A stretch of DNA of 60,986 nt, filler included, from Stramenopiles sp. TOSAG23-3 (lineage: Eukaryota): the NCBI GenBank assembly GCA_900128585.1. It is 13 parts of 13 records of this genome, joined end to end, with 100 filler letters (N's around TTAATTAATTAA, not from the genome) between each part and the next. Parts side by side here need not be neighbours in the genome. Positions count along the whole stretch, not along the records: positions 9,443 to 14,059 come from LT643763.1; positions 14,160 to 18,770 come from LT643764.1; positions 18,871 to 23,475 come from LT643765.1; 10 more parts are not named here. One strand, 5' to 3'. Both the position numbers and the translations under genes were made by a program. The notes beneath the pieces were generated by a model that ran no database searches, was not told the origin of the DNA, and was given only the letters and a program-made list of their open reading frames with translations. Positions 10,352 through 21,288 of this stretch are shown here, piece after piece (position 1 is the first letter of the stretch; the number at the start of each line of letters is the position of its first letter).

Positions 10352-10860
10352 ATGTTTGCACGGTGCCGAGCAATCAGTTCTCGGTTTCGCTCCACTATTC
10401 GGCCTCTGCGAGTAAACGCCCGGCGGAAAGGAGTGATTGTGAATACACACCCGGTTGGACTTGGAACGAAAACATTCGCAGACTCCAGACGTCCAAAAAG
10501 CTATTTTGGTGATCGCGAAAGGGCTCTTGAAGATCTCTGGTTTTCTGAAAAAGAGCATGAAATGTTTAAAAACATGATGGAGAAGATGAAAAGACAGCGG
10601 TCCGCACTGTACGGAGAACACGGCAAGACCAAGGCCCGTGAAAACCTCATTGCGATTTTTGAAGAACACAAGGTCGAGCTCACTCCAAGTACGTTTCAGC
10701 TGATAGATGCGAAGTCTATTGGCGTTTTTGGTAGTTACGTGCGCCCACAACTTAAGCACAACTGCTTTGCCCCCTGTGCCACGCAGAACTTGCAGAGGAT
10801 CTCCGCGAGTGGAGGGTAACATTTGAGTCACGAGATGACGCACTTCATGGTGATAATTAG
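10352..10860 (+). CDS. Putative mitochondrial ATPase-inhibitor (IF1)-like protein; predicted intron 10689-10786
   Basis: Arg-rich, acid-free presequence MFARCRAISSRFRSTIRPLR and motif FGDRERALEDLWFSEKEHE. GTACGT...GCAG splicing gives the ending VELTPKLAEDLREWRVTF...DN*. Confidence 0.5.
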
Positions 10861-11361
10861 CAACGTCTACGTAAACACAGTTTGTGCAAGGAGTAAAAAG
10901 CAAATTCACTGGACTGATCCCACCGTCGCGGCCTAGACCTCATACATAACCAACACAGTGGTCGGTGCATCGATTTGGCCCTAATTGAAATGTATCTTAT
11001 TCTGAAAACGAGTGGACGTTGTCAAATAAAGAGCGAATTGCGTATTATTCATTGCAAACAATGTACTACACACGTGTTGACTTCTACTCGAAGAGCATTG
11101 TCTTAGTTGTTAGATGGGCCTCTAGATCCGATTATGAATGACTCCCAAGCGTTGAGCTGTTGATGGGATTGACTCGGAGCGAAAAAATATTTCAGGCAGA
11201 AAACTGTGAATCTGAACGCTGAAGCTGGCCGGGCGTGTGTGGGGCTGTTTAAGGTGCGTCCGGGGGCGCTGAATCTGCGTGCTTAGCGCGTATATCGCAT
11301 AATCTCGTTGATAGGATCCGACTGACAGCTGTGCGTTTCGCGCGACCATAGGTTTATCTCC

Positions 11362-14059
11362 ATGTCGGACCCGGGAAGTGCCACAGCCGCCACGGCGGGG
11401 GGGCCCAATGGTGAGATTGCAGATTGCGGCTTGAACGCGGCATCCTTGACAGCCATGCTGACAAAATCGCGCCAATGCGCAGATAAAGAAGCGCAAAGTG
11501 TGACGAAATCCTCCGCATCTGGCTCTGATCCTGGAGGGTCCGGTGGAAAGGCTGCCAACAAGTCCAGCCCCCCTCTATCCGATGCCAAAGCGGACGCCAG
11601 CGGTGCCGACGCCATTAAAACAGAGAATGGCGGCAATGCCGAGGCTTCTGAGTCTAATGAAGCCGCTGCTGGCAATGGTGTCAGTGCTGGTAATGAGACA
11701 GGTGCCAAGACAAATGGCGCTAAGGCAGCGAAATCTGGTGATTCGGTCAAGGCGGCTGATGCCAAGGCCGATGTCGAGGGCAAGGCCGATATCAAAGCTA
11801 CAGCGGAAGGCCTGGGTACCCAACCTAAGGATCTCAAGACCAAACCTGGACAAGAGACCGCCTCCGCGACTGAGAGTGTAGCAGACAAGACTGATTCAAA
11901 GACTGAAAATGTCACGGATTCAAAGGCGAAAAATGTCAAAAACGCAACGGTCACGGGTCCTAAGACCAAGGAAAAGTCCGACAAATCAGATGCAGTGGTG
12001 AAAAAAACCAAACGCGAAAAAGGCCGCACGGCAAGCAACCCGCTCCTTGCTGTGGTCATGCCGCCTGGTGAGGTCTCTCAAGCGGAGAAAAAACCACGTC
12101 GTAAGAAGAAGACCAAGTCTATGGGCAGTCGTTTGGCTGGAATTATGGACAAAATGAAAATTGGCGCTGCCAGCAATGCTCCTGTTCCGCGTCCGGGGCG
12201 GAGGAAGTTGAGAAAAAAAGGCAGTTCTGGAAAACTCAAGCTCCCTGTTGGCCTTATGGGTTTGATTGGTGGTGGGGCTAAAGATGACACACCTGGCAAG
12301 GCGCCTGGCAATGCGGCTGATGCTGTGAAAAAGAGAAAGAAAAAACCTCTATTCAAACGGACTGGAACAGCGCCATCCATGCTCCGAATGCTGCAAAGCG
12401 CGCCTGATATGCCATCCAAGGCTGGGAACGCCGCGGGTGGAAAGTTCAAGAAAGGTCCTCCTGGGTTCAGCGCCACTGTTGGAGGACGTATTCCAGGCGT
12501 TGCCACATTAGGCAGTGCTAAAGCAGGCTCTCAATCAAGCACAATGCCAATGCGCGCTACATCAGGAGTTTTGCCATTGCGCAAGGGTCGTGGTGTTCGC
12601 AGTGGTGTTCGCAAAGCCCCGAAGGGTTTGGCAGGTCTCATAGGCAAAGGACGAGGCGGCATCAAAGGTAAAGTCCCCTTGGGTTTGGCATCTCTCATTG
12701 GAGGCGAAAGGCGGCCTGGTGTGAAAAAGACCAGGACATCAGGTGACCAGAACGGCTCTGAACAAACACCTCAAACGACTGCTGATGGCAAAACAGACAC
12801 GACCGAACAGCCTAAAGAGCAACCTCTGAAAAACACGGAAGAAGCGATGGAGAAACAGGATCTTGTTCATCTTACTCTCTCAAGACCAAAGGGCAAAACT
12901 AGAAGATCAAAGTCAAAACCGCGAAGGGTACGTGTTTGCGCGCCAAAAATCATGAGCCGATTTTTTCTTTTCTTTTTCGTGTGGGCTCATTTATCGGTTG
13001 TTTTTTGTGCTGTTTTTGATTTTTTTTTGGTGGATTTTGGGACGTTTGTGTTTTGCAATTGCAGGCCAGGCTTGATGTGGTCCGCCGCGCGAAGCATGCA
13101 CTAGCGCGCTGTTCTTCCATGTTTTTCCATGTTCTTCCACCCGCATTTGTCTGATCCGCATTTGTCTAACCCATTCTCTTGTCATCCACACGCAATACAC
13201 ACGCAACAGCGTAAACGAACAAAACGACGGTTCAAGAGCTCTCCCGAAAACGACCTGATTCAATTTGTGAAACCGATTCTTGATGAGCAGCATGCGCAGT
13301 GGCTCTACCGTCTGGCAGATGCAATCGATGGAGTCGGCAGCGAATCTGCCGCGGATTCCGATGCAGTTCAGGACGCGAAACGTCCTGTCGCCATGGGCAG
13401 TTCTAAAGCTGCAGATGTGTCTCTTGTGACGCCTCTCACTGGGCAATCAGATGAACAATCAGATGATGCAGAGAAACGGAAATCTGATGAGAAGGCTGAT
13501 GTTTCAAATGATAAAAGGGATGCTAAATCAGCTGATGATGGTGCGAACCCCAACGATGATACCAATGGTATGAGAAACAAAGAGATTGAGACCAAGACAG
13601 ACAAGACACCTAAAACGGCACAGACTGATGAAACACAGACTGATTCAAGTGACAAAGCTCCTGCTGACAAGGTCGAATCTGCTAACAAGGCACCTACCAA
13701 GGCACCAGAGAAGCCTGTGGGGACAGATTCTCCATCAAAACAAGAGAAAACAAGCGAGAACAGGTCCATTCGCATTCGCAAAAACGCCGCATTCCATGCA
13801 AAATCCATTTCAAAGCCCACAGTCCCAGTGGCACGATTTCAATCCCGAAGATCCCGCAAATTCCGAAAACCAACACCTCCACAACCCTATCCTCCACAAC
13901 CCCATTCTCCATTGCCCCATCCTGTGCCCCGTCCTGTGCCCCATCCTGCGCGGCGTAAACCCCCAAGACCCCCAAGACCAACAAAACCCAAACCCTTTTC
14001 AATTTCAAAACATACCCGCAAACCCCGAAAAATTAAACCACACCCTTCCCAACATCCTG
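11362..14059 (+). CDS. Low-complexity Ala/Lys/Gly-rich disordered protein with a CPI-like motif; exon structure unresolved, runs off the contig
   Basis: Two same-frame ORFs (11362-13104, 13129-14059) of similar composition, separated by a T-rich intron-like stretch with a GTACGT donor at 12928. Confidence 0.5.
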
Positions 14060-14159
14060 NNNNNNNNNNNNNNNNNNNNNNNNNNNNNNNNNNNNNNNNN
14101 NNNTTAATTAATTAANNNNNNNNNNNNNNNNNNNNNNNNNNNNNNNNNNNNNNNNNNNN

Positions 14160-15787
14160 AAGAGATGAAGCGCCGGTTGAAAACCCTCCAAGTAGTCCAA
14201 TCGGAGGCGGCCATTGCTGCCGGTTTGGCGGGACAAAGTTCGACGGGGCGGCTGGCAAAAAACAACGCGAACGGCCTAGAGGCTATTTTGGAGCGGTTTT
14301 ATGACTATGCGCACGTGCAGAAGTACGCCCTTGTCATTTTCATGGCAATCGTTGTCCCTCTGTCCCACGGCGCATCGTTCGCCATAACGACGGAGCGAGA
14401 CGGGTTCACAGGGGTCTCGTGGGGCCTGCTCACGGTGTTCTTTTTCTGCATCTGCGCCCAAGGATACTTTTATTTCAGCTACGCAGAAAGCCGAATGTTG
14501 TTCAAGGACGCTAATCTTCCCGAAACGCTGCAAGAGGCGAAGCACATTGGGCTAGAAACGGAAGAGCTCCGGCTGCTTTCCATCGCCCACGCGTCGAAGT
14601 TTGGCACGTGGATTGTCTCCGGGAAAGACCGGCACTGGAAAGAGCGGTACGGCAGTGTCGTACTAGATTACCTGTACATGCGGCCAGAACAGCGAGAGTT
14701 TCGACCGTACTTGTACGGAATCTACAACATGTGGCGCATGTTTCTGTACTCCATCGTTATCGGGGCGCTTCCACTCGTGGACGCCAACGGTGCAACGCAA
14801 GCGTGGGCCGCGTTGCTGTTGCAATTGTTTCACACCTGCGTGCTCGCCATCCTGCGGCCATACAACGATCGCAATTCGAATGGCATGGCAATTTTCTCCA
14901 ACTCCTTGATGATCCTTGTTGTTTTTTTCTCGTTTTGCATTCCGTCTACCGAAACCGTCAAAGGGGAGTCCATATTTGGTAGTTCCCCTCCGTTAAGCCG
15001 TTACAGCGCAGAGTTTGCCATGTGCATATGCACCATGCTCGCGGTGGCCCCAATCATCGGAAGCGAGATTCCAGGAATGTGCCGAGAAATCGGTGGAATC
15101 ATGGAGTGCGTTTTCAATAGCATAATGACCCGGGTGCGGCGCATGAAATGGTGCCGGCGGCACGCGGCCGTTTACGCCATCGGAAAATCCGACGATGGCG
15201 CGGAGAAGAAGAAAGCAGACGAACTGAGGAAGAAACAGAAACTGCTGGAAAAGCAAAAGAAGAAAGAGGCGCAAAAGAAGAAGCTCGAAGAAGCCAGAAA
15301 AGCTGCCGCCAAAAGCAAAAAGACAGGAGGGAAAAAGGAAGAGATCGCAATCGTCCTGGAGGAGGAAGAGTCGTCCGAAGACGAAGACGCGGAGGACCCC
15401 GAAGACGAGATTCAGCGGTTGAAAGCGGAGTTGGCCTCAGAAGGGTTCGAGTACGGGGGCGCAAACTTTTCTGAAGAAGATTTGGCCGCTCACGCCACGA
15501 CTGCCTCGCGAAAAGCCGTGCTGCAATGGGTTCGAAAAGAAATGGAACCCTTGGGCAAAAAAACGTACCGGGCAGGTGGGGTCACAAAAAAACAAGAGAA
15601 AAAAGACTTGGAAATAAAACAGGAGCTGAAAGATAAAAAGGCCCAAGTGGCGCAGAAAAAAGAATTGGAAATGATGGAATACAAAGAAGAAATGGAACGA
15701 CGACAAAACATGAAGGTATCCATGCACCTTGCTTCAAATCGGGGAATCGATGATAGGCAAATGGATTCGTACGATGCCCTTCGATAG
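14160..15787 (+). CDS. 3' part of a multi-pass membrane protein (TRP-like/GPCR-like C-terminal TM module), 5'-truncated
   Basis: Several TM helices with RYGSVVLDY and LRPYNDRNSNGMAIFSN, followed by a charged coiled-coil tail; open at the contig edge. Confidence 0.6.
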
Positions 15788-16128
15788 AAGAAGATACCAA
15801 GTAGTAGTAAGGCAATCAAAACAATATCAATAAAATTATTATACATAGGGATTGTATTTATACAAGTACAATATTTATGTAGTATACTAATATTTTTTGC
15901 CACCAAATCCTCCTTTCTTTTTTTATTTGGGGCCGCCTCCTATAAACAAACACAAAAACCCTGATGAATTCGATGAACAATGTTTGTACGACTTTACATT
16001 TTCGTTCAAAGAAATGAAACGAACATTCCAACGAAGCGCAAACCTGTGCATTTTATTACCTATCCAGTTCGTTTCACACTCTATCGTCGTTTTTTTGTTG
16101 CTATAAAGTCGTTTTCGAGTGCCTTGCA

Positions 16129-17481
16129 ATGAGAGGTCCAAAGGTTCGAAATGGTGGTGCCGGCGGGACTGCTGGCCCTTCGTTGTTTTCTGGTGGGCCG
16201 ATCAAAGCCGTGGAAAGGCTCTTGTTTGACTGGGAGCACTTCACTACACTGGCGGCTCTTTTGTTGATTGGCGAAACGCTTCTTTGCGGGTTGATTATTC
16301 ACAAAATTCCATACACCGAAATCGATTGGAGAGCGTACATGCAGGAAGTCGAGGGCCCGTTCGTTCGGGGCGACTGGAACTACACCAATTTACGGGGAGA
16401 CACTGGCCCGCTTGTGTACCCTGCAGGTTTTGTATACTTGTACGAGGGTTTGCGACGGGTCGTGAACTGGGACCCAGTTACAGAGCTGATAAGCGACTCC
16501 CAGGCGAACGCTGCGATTCAAAAAGGGCAATGGATCTTCATGGGGATCTACTTGCTTGGCCAAGCCCTGGTGCTTGCCATTTACGCAACCGCCCGGCCAA
16601 AGCGTGTCCCGCCGTACGTTGGAATTTTGCTGTGCCTTTCAAAACGAGTCCACTCCATCTTTGTGCTTCGCCTGTTCAACGATGGTGTTGCCATGGTGCT
16701 TTTTTACGCCGCCCTTCTTCTCTTTTTGAAGCATCGCTGGACGATTGGGTGCGTTTTCTTCAGCCTTGCGGTCAGCGTAAAGATGAACGTGCTCCTGTTT
16801 GCCCCTGCCCTGTTCCTGCTTCTCGTCCGCCACGGCGGGCTGTTCAGTGCCCTTTGCAAGATTGCCGTGTGCGCGGTGATCCAGGTTGCCCTGGGCATGC
16901 CCTTCATGATGACCGATTTCTGGGCGTACATGAATGGTTCGTTTGAATTCGGCCGTGTCTTCAAGTACAAATGGACGGTGAACTGGAAATTTTTGCCCGA
17001 AGATATTTTTGTATCGAAACCATTGGCCTTGGGGCTCCTGGCACTGCACTTGTCGACGCTATGGTTCTTTGCAAACCGACGGTGGATCAATGACCGGGAC
17101 GACGGCAAGCAGGGGCTGTTTGGGGTGTTGCTATGCTCGCAAAACAAGGCTCTGGGGAAACGGTTGAGGGGAGAGTACATTGTCAACACGATGTTGGTGT
17201 GTAACTTTGTCGGCGTCGTCTTTTGCAGATCGTTGCATTACCAGTTCTACTGCTGGTACTGGCACGCCCTGCCGTTCTTGTTGTGGCAAAATGCGGGCCT
17301 TCCCGTGGCCGTCAAGCTGCTGATCGTTGGAGGGCTCGAATGGACCTGGGGTTACAATTTTCCTGCAACCCCAGTGTCCTCCGCGGTGCTCCACGTCTCC
17401 CACGCCGTGCTTCTCATCGCGCTGTGGAAGGCCCCGCTTGTATACGCCGCCACGGGCGAAAGCCAGAAGAAACGCCAATGA
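16129..17481 (+). CDS. ALG3: Dol-P-Man:Man5GlcNAc2-PP-Dol alpha-1,3-mannosyltransferase
   Basis: IPYTEIDWRAYMQEV, GDTGPLVYPAGF, SKRVHSIFVLRLFND, FKYKWTVNWKF, RSLHYQFY; C-terminal KKxx ER-retrieval signal (KKRQ). Confidence 0.95.
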   Translation: MRGPKVRNGGAGGTAGPSLFSGGPIKAVERLLFDWEHFTTLAALLLIGETLLCGLIIHKIPYTEIDWRAYMQEVEGPFVRGDWNYTNLRGDTGPLVYPAGFVYLYEGLRRVVNWDPVTELISDSQANAAIQKGQWIFMGIYLLGQALVLAIYATARPKRVPPYVGILLCLSKRVHSIFVLRLFNDGVAMVLFYAALLLFLKHRWTIGCVFFSLAVSVKMNVLLFAPALFLLLVRHGGLFSALCKIAVCAVIQVALGMPFMMTDFWAYMNGSFEFGRVFKYKWTVNWKFLPEDIFVSKPLALGLLALHLSTLWFFANRRWINDRDDGKQGLFGVLLCSQNKALGKRLRGEYIVNTMLVCNFVGVVFCRSLHYQFYCWYWHALPFLLWQNAGLPVAVKLLIVGGLEWTWGYNFPATPVSSAVLHVSHAVLLIALWKAPLVYAATGESQKKRQ

Positions 17482-17544
17482 TGCCGAGCGAGTACAATAC
17501 GCATTTTAAGTATATAATATCGTATGATACGTAAACTTAACAAT

Positions 17545-17745
17545 GGTGTATCGATTAGTAAAACGAAAAGGGCAAAGATTAATAAGTTTTCGCAGTACAT
17601 GAAGGGAGATGCAAACCTCCAATGTTTCAATGTAGAGTTCAGTTCGTTCGCAGTACATTAATTTTAATTTTACTTAAATAACAGCCAATTTTCTTGCTTT
17701 ATAATTTTGTGGTTTTAAAGAAATAACAGCCAATTTTCTTGAGTT
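17545..17745 (+). repeat. Copy of the dispersed 3'-intergenic element
   Basis: ttcgcagtacat at 17589 and 17647; aaataacagccaattttcttg at ~17676 and ~17721. Lies between convergent ALG3 and RRP40. Confidence 0.8.
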
Positions 17746-17899
17746 GAAAATTGTCCTTCTTTAGAAACAACATGGTGCCATCCGTTTATACGATTGCAGA
17801 GAACACATCATGATATACGACGATTAAAGGTCAAGTGCTGATAACAGTGGGAATGCGTCGTCGGCCTTGCCAAAGCACGGCCCCTCCGCCCGCCCCTCC

Positions 17900-18688
17900 T
17901 CATCTTTGTGCCAATTGGTCGTTCAGGGCTTCCACCATCGCAGGGACTTTTTTCTTCGACAAAAATTCGCTGTTTAAAATAGCATTGTAAATCAAAACCG
18001 TTTGGTCTTGTTGTTCGGCACGGACCCAAAAACGACCGTTCAATCCAACCGCAATTTCAAATGGTATTCGAGAGGCCAAATGGGACAGGACGACACTGTT
18101 CTCGTCCAACAAATTCCTTGCCAAGTTCAAGCTGCAGTGGCCCGACATTCCGCCGTCCAATTTACCGAACTGGGACTCCCCCGTTGTCCAATCCTTTCGC
18201 GCCCCATTTTCCACCATGCACGAAAGCTCCGGCTCGATATGAATACTCGCTTTTGACACCCTTGCGTAAATCAAAGTGCCCTCTGGAAGGTCGGGGTGGT
18301 TCCGTTTCGATGCCCCGTCGAACGCCAGCAACGGCAGTATTGCTGGGCAGCGTCCACGAACGTTAACAAAATACCCGGACTGGCCTATTCGCGATTCTAT
18401 GATTCCAACAACGGGGTCGTCGACCTTCGGTTGGTACCGTTTCTCGTGCGTTTCCACCCAAAACTTTCCTGGCGCCTCGAAGCAAAGGGTTCCAGGTTTC
18501 ACGACCCGAACGGTTTCATCCACGGCTCGCAGCCCATCCCCTACTACAACTACACGGCTCGCATGCTGCCGTACCGTCTCCGTGATATTGTCGCCAGAAA
18601 ACACAGTGCACGGTTTAAAGGCGGCTTGCTGTTCTACTTGAGACAGGAGCGAGTTCGTTAACTCCTCTGCGGACGGCCCCGTCGACAT
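17900..18688 (-). CDS. RRP40: Exosome complex component RRP40 (EXOSC3)
   Basis: KRYQPKVDDPVVGII, LAFDGASKRNHPDL, EPELSC, FEIAVGLNGRFWV. Confidence 0.93.
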   Translation of the reverse strand: MSTGPSAEELTNSLLSQVEQQAAFKPCTVFSGDNITETVRQHASRVVVVGDGLRAVDETVRVVKPGTLCFEAPGKFWVETHEKRYQPKVDDPVVGIIESRIGQSGYFVNVRGRCPAILPLLAFDGASKRNHPDLPEGTLIYARVSKASIHIEPELSCMVENGARKDWTTGESQFGKLDGGMSGHCSLNLARNLLDENSVVLSHLASRIPFEIAVGLNGRFWVRAEQQDQTVLIYNAILNSEFLSKKKVPAMVEALNDQLAQR

Positions 18689-18870
18689 TTGTACAAAGTG
18701 CTATTCCAACGAACAACAAGAAGAGCAAGAGAACAAACACGAACCAGAACAAGAATAGTTGTATCCACTANNNNNNNNNNNNNNNNNNNNNNNNNNNNNN
18801 NNNNNNNNNNNNNNTTAATTAATTAANNNNNNNNNNNNNNNNNNNNNNNNNNNNNNNNNNNNNNNNNNNN

Positions 18871-19355
18871 GTCAGGTTCCTGAGGTGGCAGTGCGTAGTC
18901 CGCGTCATCAGGGGGAGCTGGGGGAACGTTTTCGTGACCAGCTGGGGCGGCTCCTTGTTGTACGCCACGCTGAAGGTGACGTTCAGCGCGGCCGCGTACC
19001 AGACCCCCCGTTCCCTGCACTCGGACGGGAACAGGCGCGCGTCCGCGCAGGGCCCCGTCCGCGTCGGGTACCCAACGTTGACGCTGCTGACCCCTACCCT
19101 AACGATAGGCCCCGTCCCGTCGTCCGCCTGGACGATGGTCTCCGGAATGTCCCGTATGGCGGCCTTCAGCCCGTTCCCAAGGAAAAAGTTGAAGGAGTCG
19201 ACGTGGGGCTGCACGATGTGGCGCAAGTTCTTCAACACCTCGGTCTTGGCGGCTGGTATGGCGGAGTGGGAGAACGACGGCGCGGTTTTCCGATGGGTGG
19301 AAAAGTAGCTCTTTCGTTTGCCCCCGTCGACGTCCATCGCACTCCCTCCCGGCAT
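18871..19355 (-). CDS. RPA2: RNA polymerase I second-largest subunit, 5' fragment truncated by the contig edge
   Basis: PHVDSFNFFLGNGLKAAIRDI, LFPSECRERG..Y, LPLMTRTTHCHL match the RPA2/POLR1B N-terminus. Confidence 0.85.
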
Positions 19356-20227
19356 GTTCTTTTTTTTATTGGTTTAAACTATTATTCGCTGCCCCCTTAC
19401 TTTTCTTCTTCTTCTGTACAGTATGTCTTATTTGTAAACAGTCCTCGTATAACGATAGCCCGTATCCCCGCACAAACACACTCGGAAAGAATGAACCACA
19501 CAAAACGACAAACAACAGAACAAAAATCCTACTTAAAAAACGTTGTGTTGCGTTGTGGTTTTATGATGATGGGGAATATACGAAAGAGAAGAAGCGAACG
19601 GAGACGATCGTGTTTCCCCGTTTGCTCTGTTTTGATATAGGTGCCGGTAGCGTATCGTTTCGTAATTAATTCCAAAGTCCAAATTCCAAGGCTTGGCTTC
19701 GGCGTTTTTTTGTTGGTTAACGGAGGTCCTTTTAAATGGTATGGTATGTCCCTGTATTAAAAAAGTATCCTATGAAAACTTATTCTTCCTTTTATTAAGG
19801 CTTTTTTGTATAATAATAAAACAAAAGTGTCTGTTGTAATGGTATTGTATGTATATATATGGATGAATATTAAATTACGTATTTCTATGAATAATAATAT
19901 GATAGTATAAAACACAATTTTAATAAAAACCAATTTATATATTTTTATAACTACACAAAGTGAACTTTTATTATATTGAACATTCCTTAAAACAGAAGGG
20001 AGTCTTAAATTAGCGAAAGTGATAAGTTTATTATTTTATTATAGGAATAGCATTGTATTTGATAGAATACAATTTAACATGTAATTAGTATTGAATTGTG
20101 TCGTTTGTGGCTGGAAGAAATCTTTTGATAAAATAAAAGATAAAAAAAGGAACGAAAGGAACGAAAGAAGAGAAGAGAAGAGAAAAGGAGAGAGAATAGG
20201 ATTTATAATTTATAATTGATTTACTAC

Positions 20228-20405
20228 TTCCTTCTTCTTTCTTTCTTTCTTTCTTTCTTCTTTTAATTCTTCTTCTTCTTCTTTCTTTCTTCTTTTAATT
20301 TTTCTTCTTCTTCTTTCTTTCTTCTTTTAATTCTTCTTCTTTCTTTCTTCTTCATTTAATTCTTCTTCTTTCTTTCTTCTTCATATAATTCTTCTTCTTT
20401 CTTCT
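20228..20405 (+). repeat. (TTC)n/(TTTC)n compound microsatellite. Similar tracts at 1-31, 4776-4832, 52100-52140 and 58355-58605
   Basis: Directly visible pyrimidine-rich simple repeats. Confidence 0.9.
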
Positions 20406-20640
20406 GAATGTGTTATTATTGTCCTATTGAAGGAAGAAAAAAGAAGTAAGTCAAGAATATAATTAAATTAATTTAGGAACTATATTAATTCCTTAAGAAT
20501 ATAACTACAACATCGACAGAACGAAGGGATTATCAATGAAAGAAAGAATAACTGTGTCTATATTAAATAACATTAAGAAGAACACAATGAAGGAGGGCGA
20601 AATAGTACATCATAACTCACACTGTGTGGGTGTTAACTAT

Positions 20641-20935
20641 TATTTAACATAAACACAATGAAGGAAATATGATTGGATTAAAGTCTATGCTGTATCCATA
20701 TTAATAATTATTTAATATAAACACAATGAAGAAAGTATGATTGGATTAAAGTCTATGCTGTATCAATATTACTAATTATTTAATATAAACACAATGAAGG
20801 AAGTATGATTGGATTAAAGTCTATGCTGTATTAATATTAATAATTATTTAATATAAACACAATGAAGGAATTATGATTGGATTAAAGTCTATGCTGTATC
20901 TATATTAATAATTATTTAATATAAACACAATGATG
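20641..20935 (+). repeat. 68-bp tandem repeat, about 4.3 copies
   Basis: Unit tatttaatataaacacaatgaaggaagtatgattggattaaagtctatgctgtatcaatattaataat starts at 20641, 20709, 20777, 20845 and 20913, with few substitutions. Confidence 0.92.
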
Positions 20936-21288
20936 GAATGATGGAGGAATAGATAAAAACTGTGAATTATTTCTTCTGTTTAAAAAGGGGGGCATTTGCA
21001 TTTGCATTAAACTGCATTTGCATTTGCCTTTCTTTTGCTTCTATCTTCTATCCCATTCCGGGAGGATTTATTATAAATTAATAATAATAATTAGAAACAA
21101 TTTGTCTAATGTCGTACCAACGAGTGAAACCATCAATTCCCATTCGATCGACCCATTGAAAAGGTAACATCGTCTCTTTCTTTCCTAACCTTCTCCCCGT
21201 TGCCAACCACAGATCTTTCCCGTGGGTCAACCTCGAAACATTGCCACACCCCGCCTGGTTCGAAGCACGCTGCAGGGTGAGGGAAAAC

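Noticed and set aside
20641-20935. CRISPR array
   Set aside because: The units are contiguous near-identical 68-mers with no unique spacers, there are no cas genes, and the context is eukaryotic.
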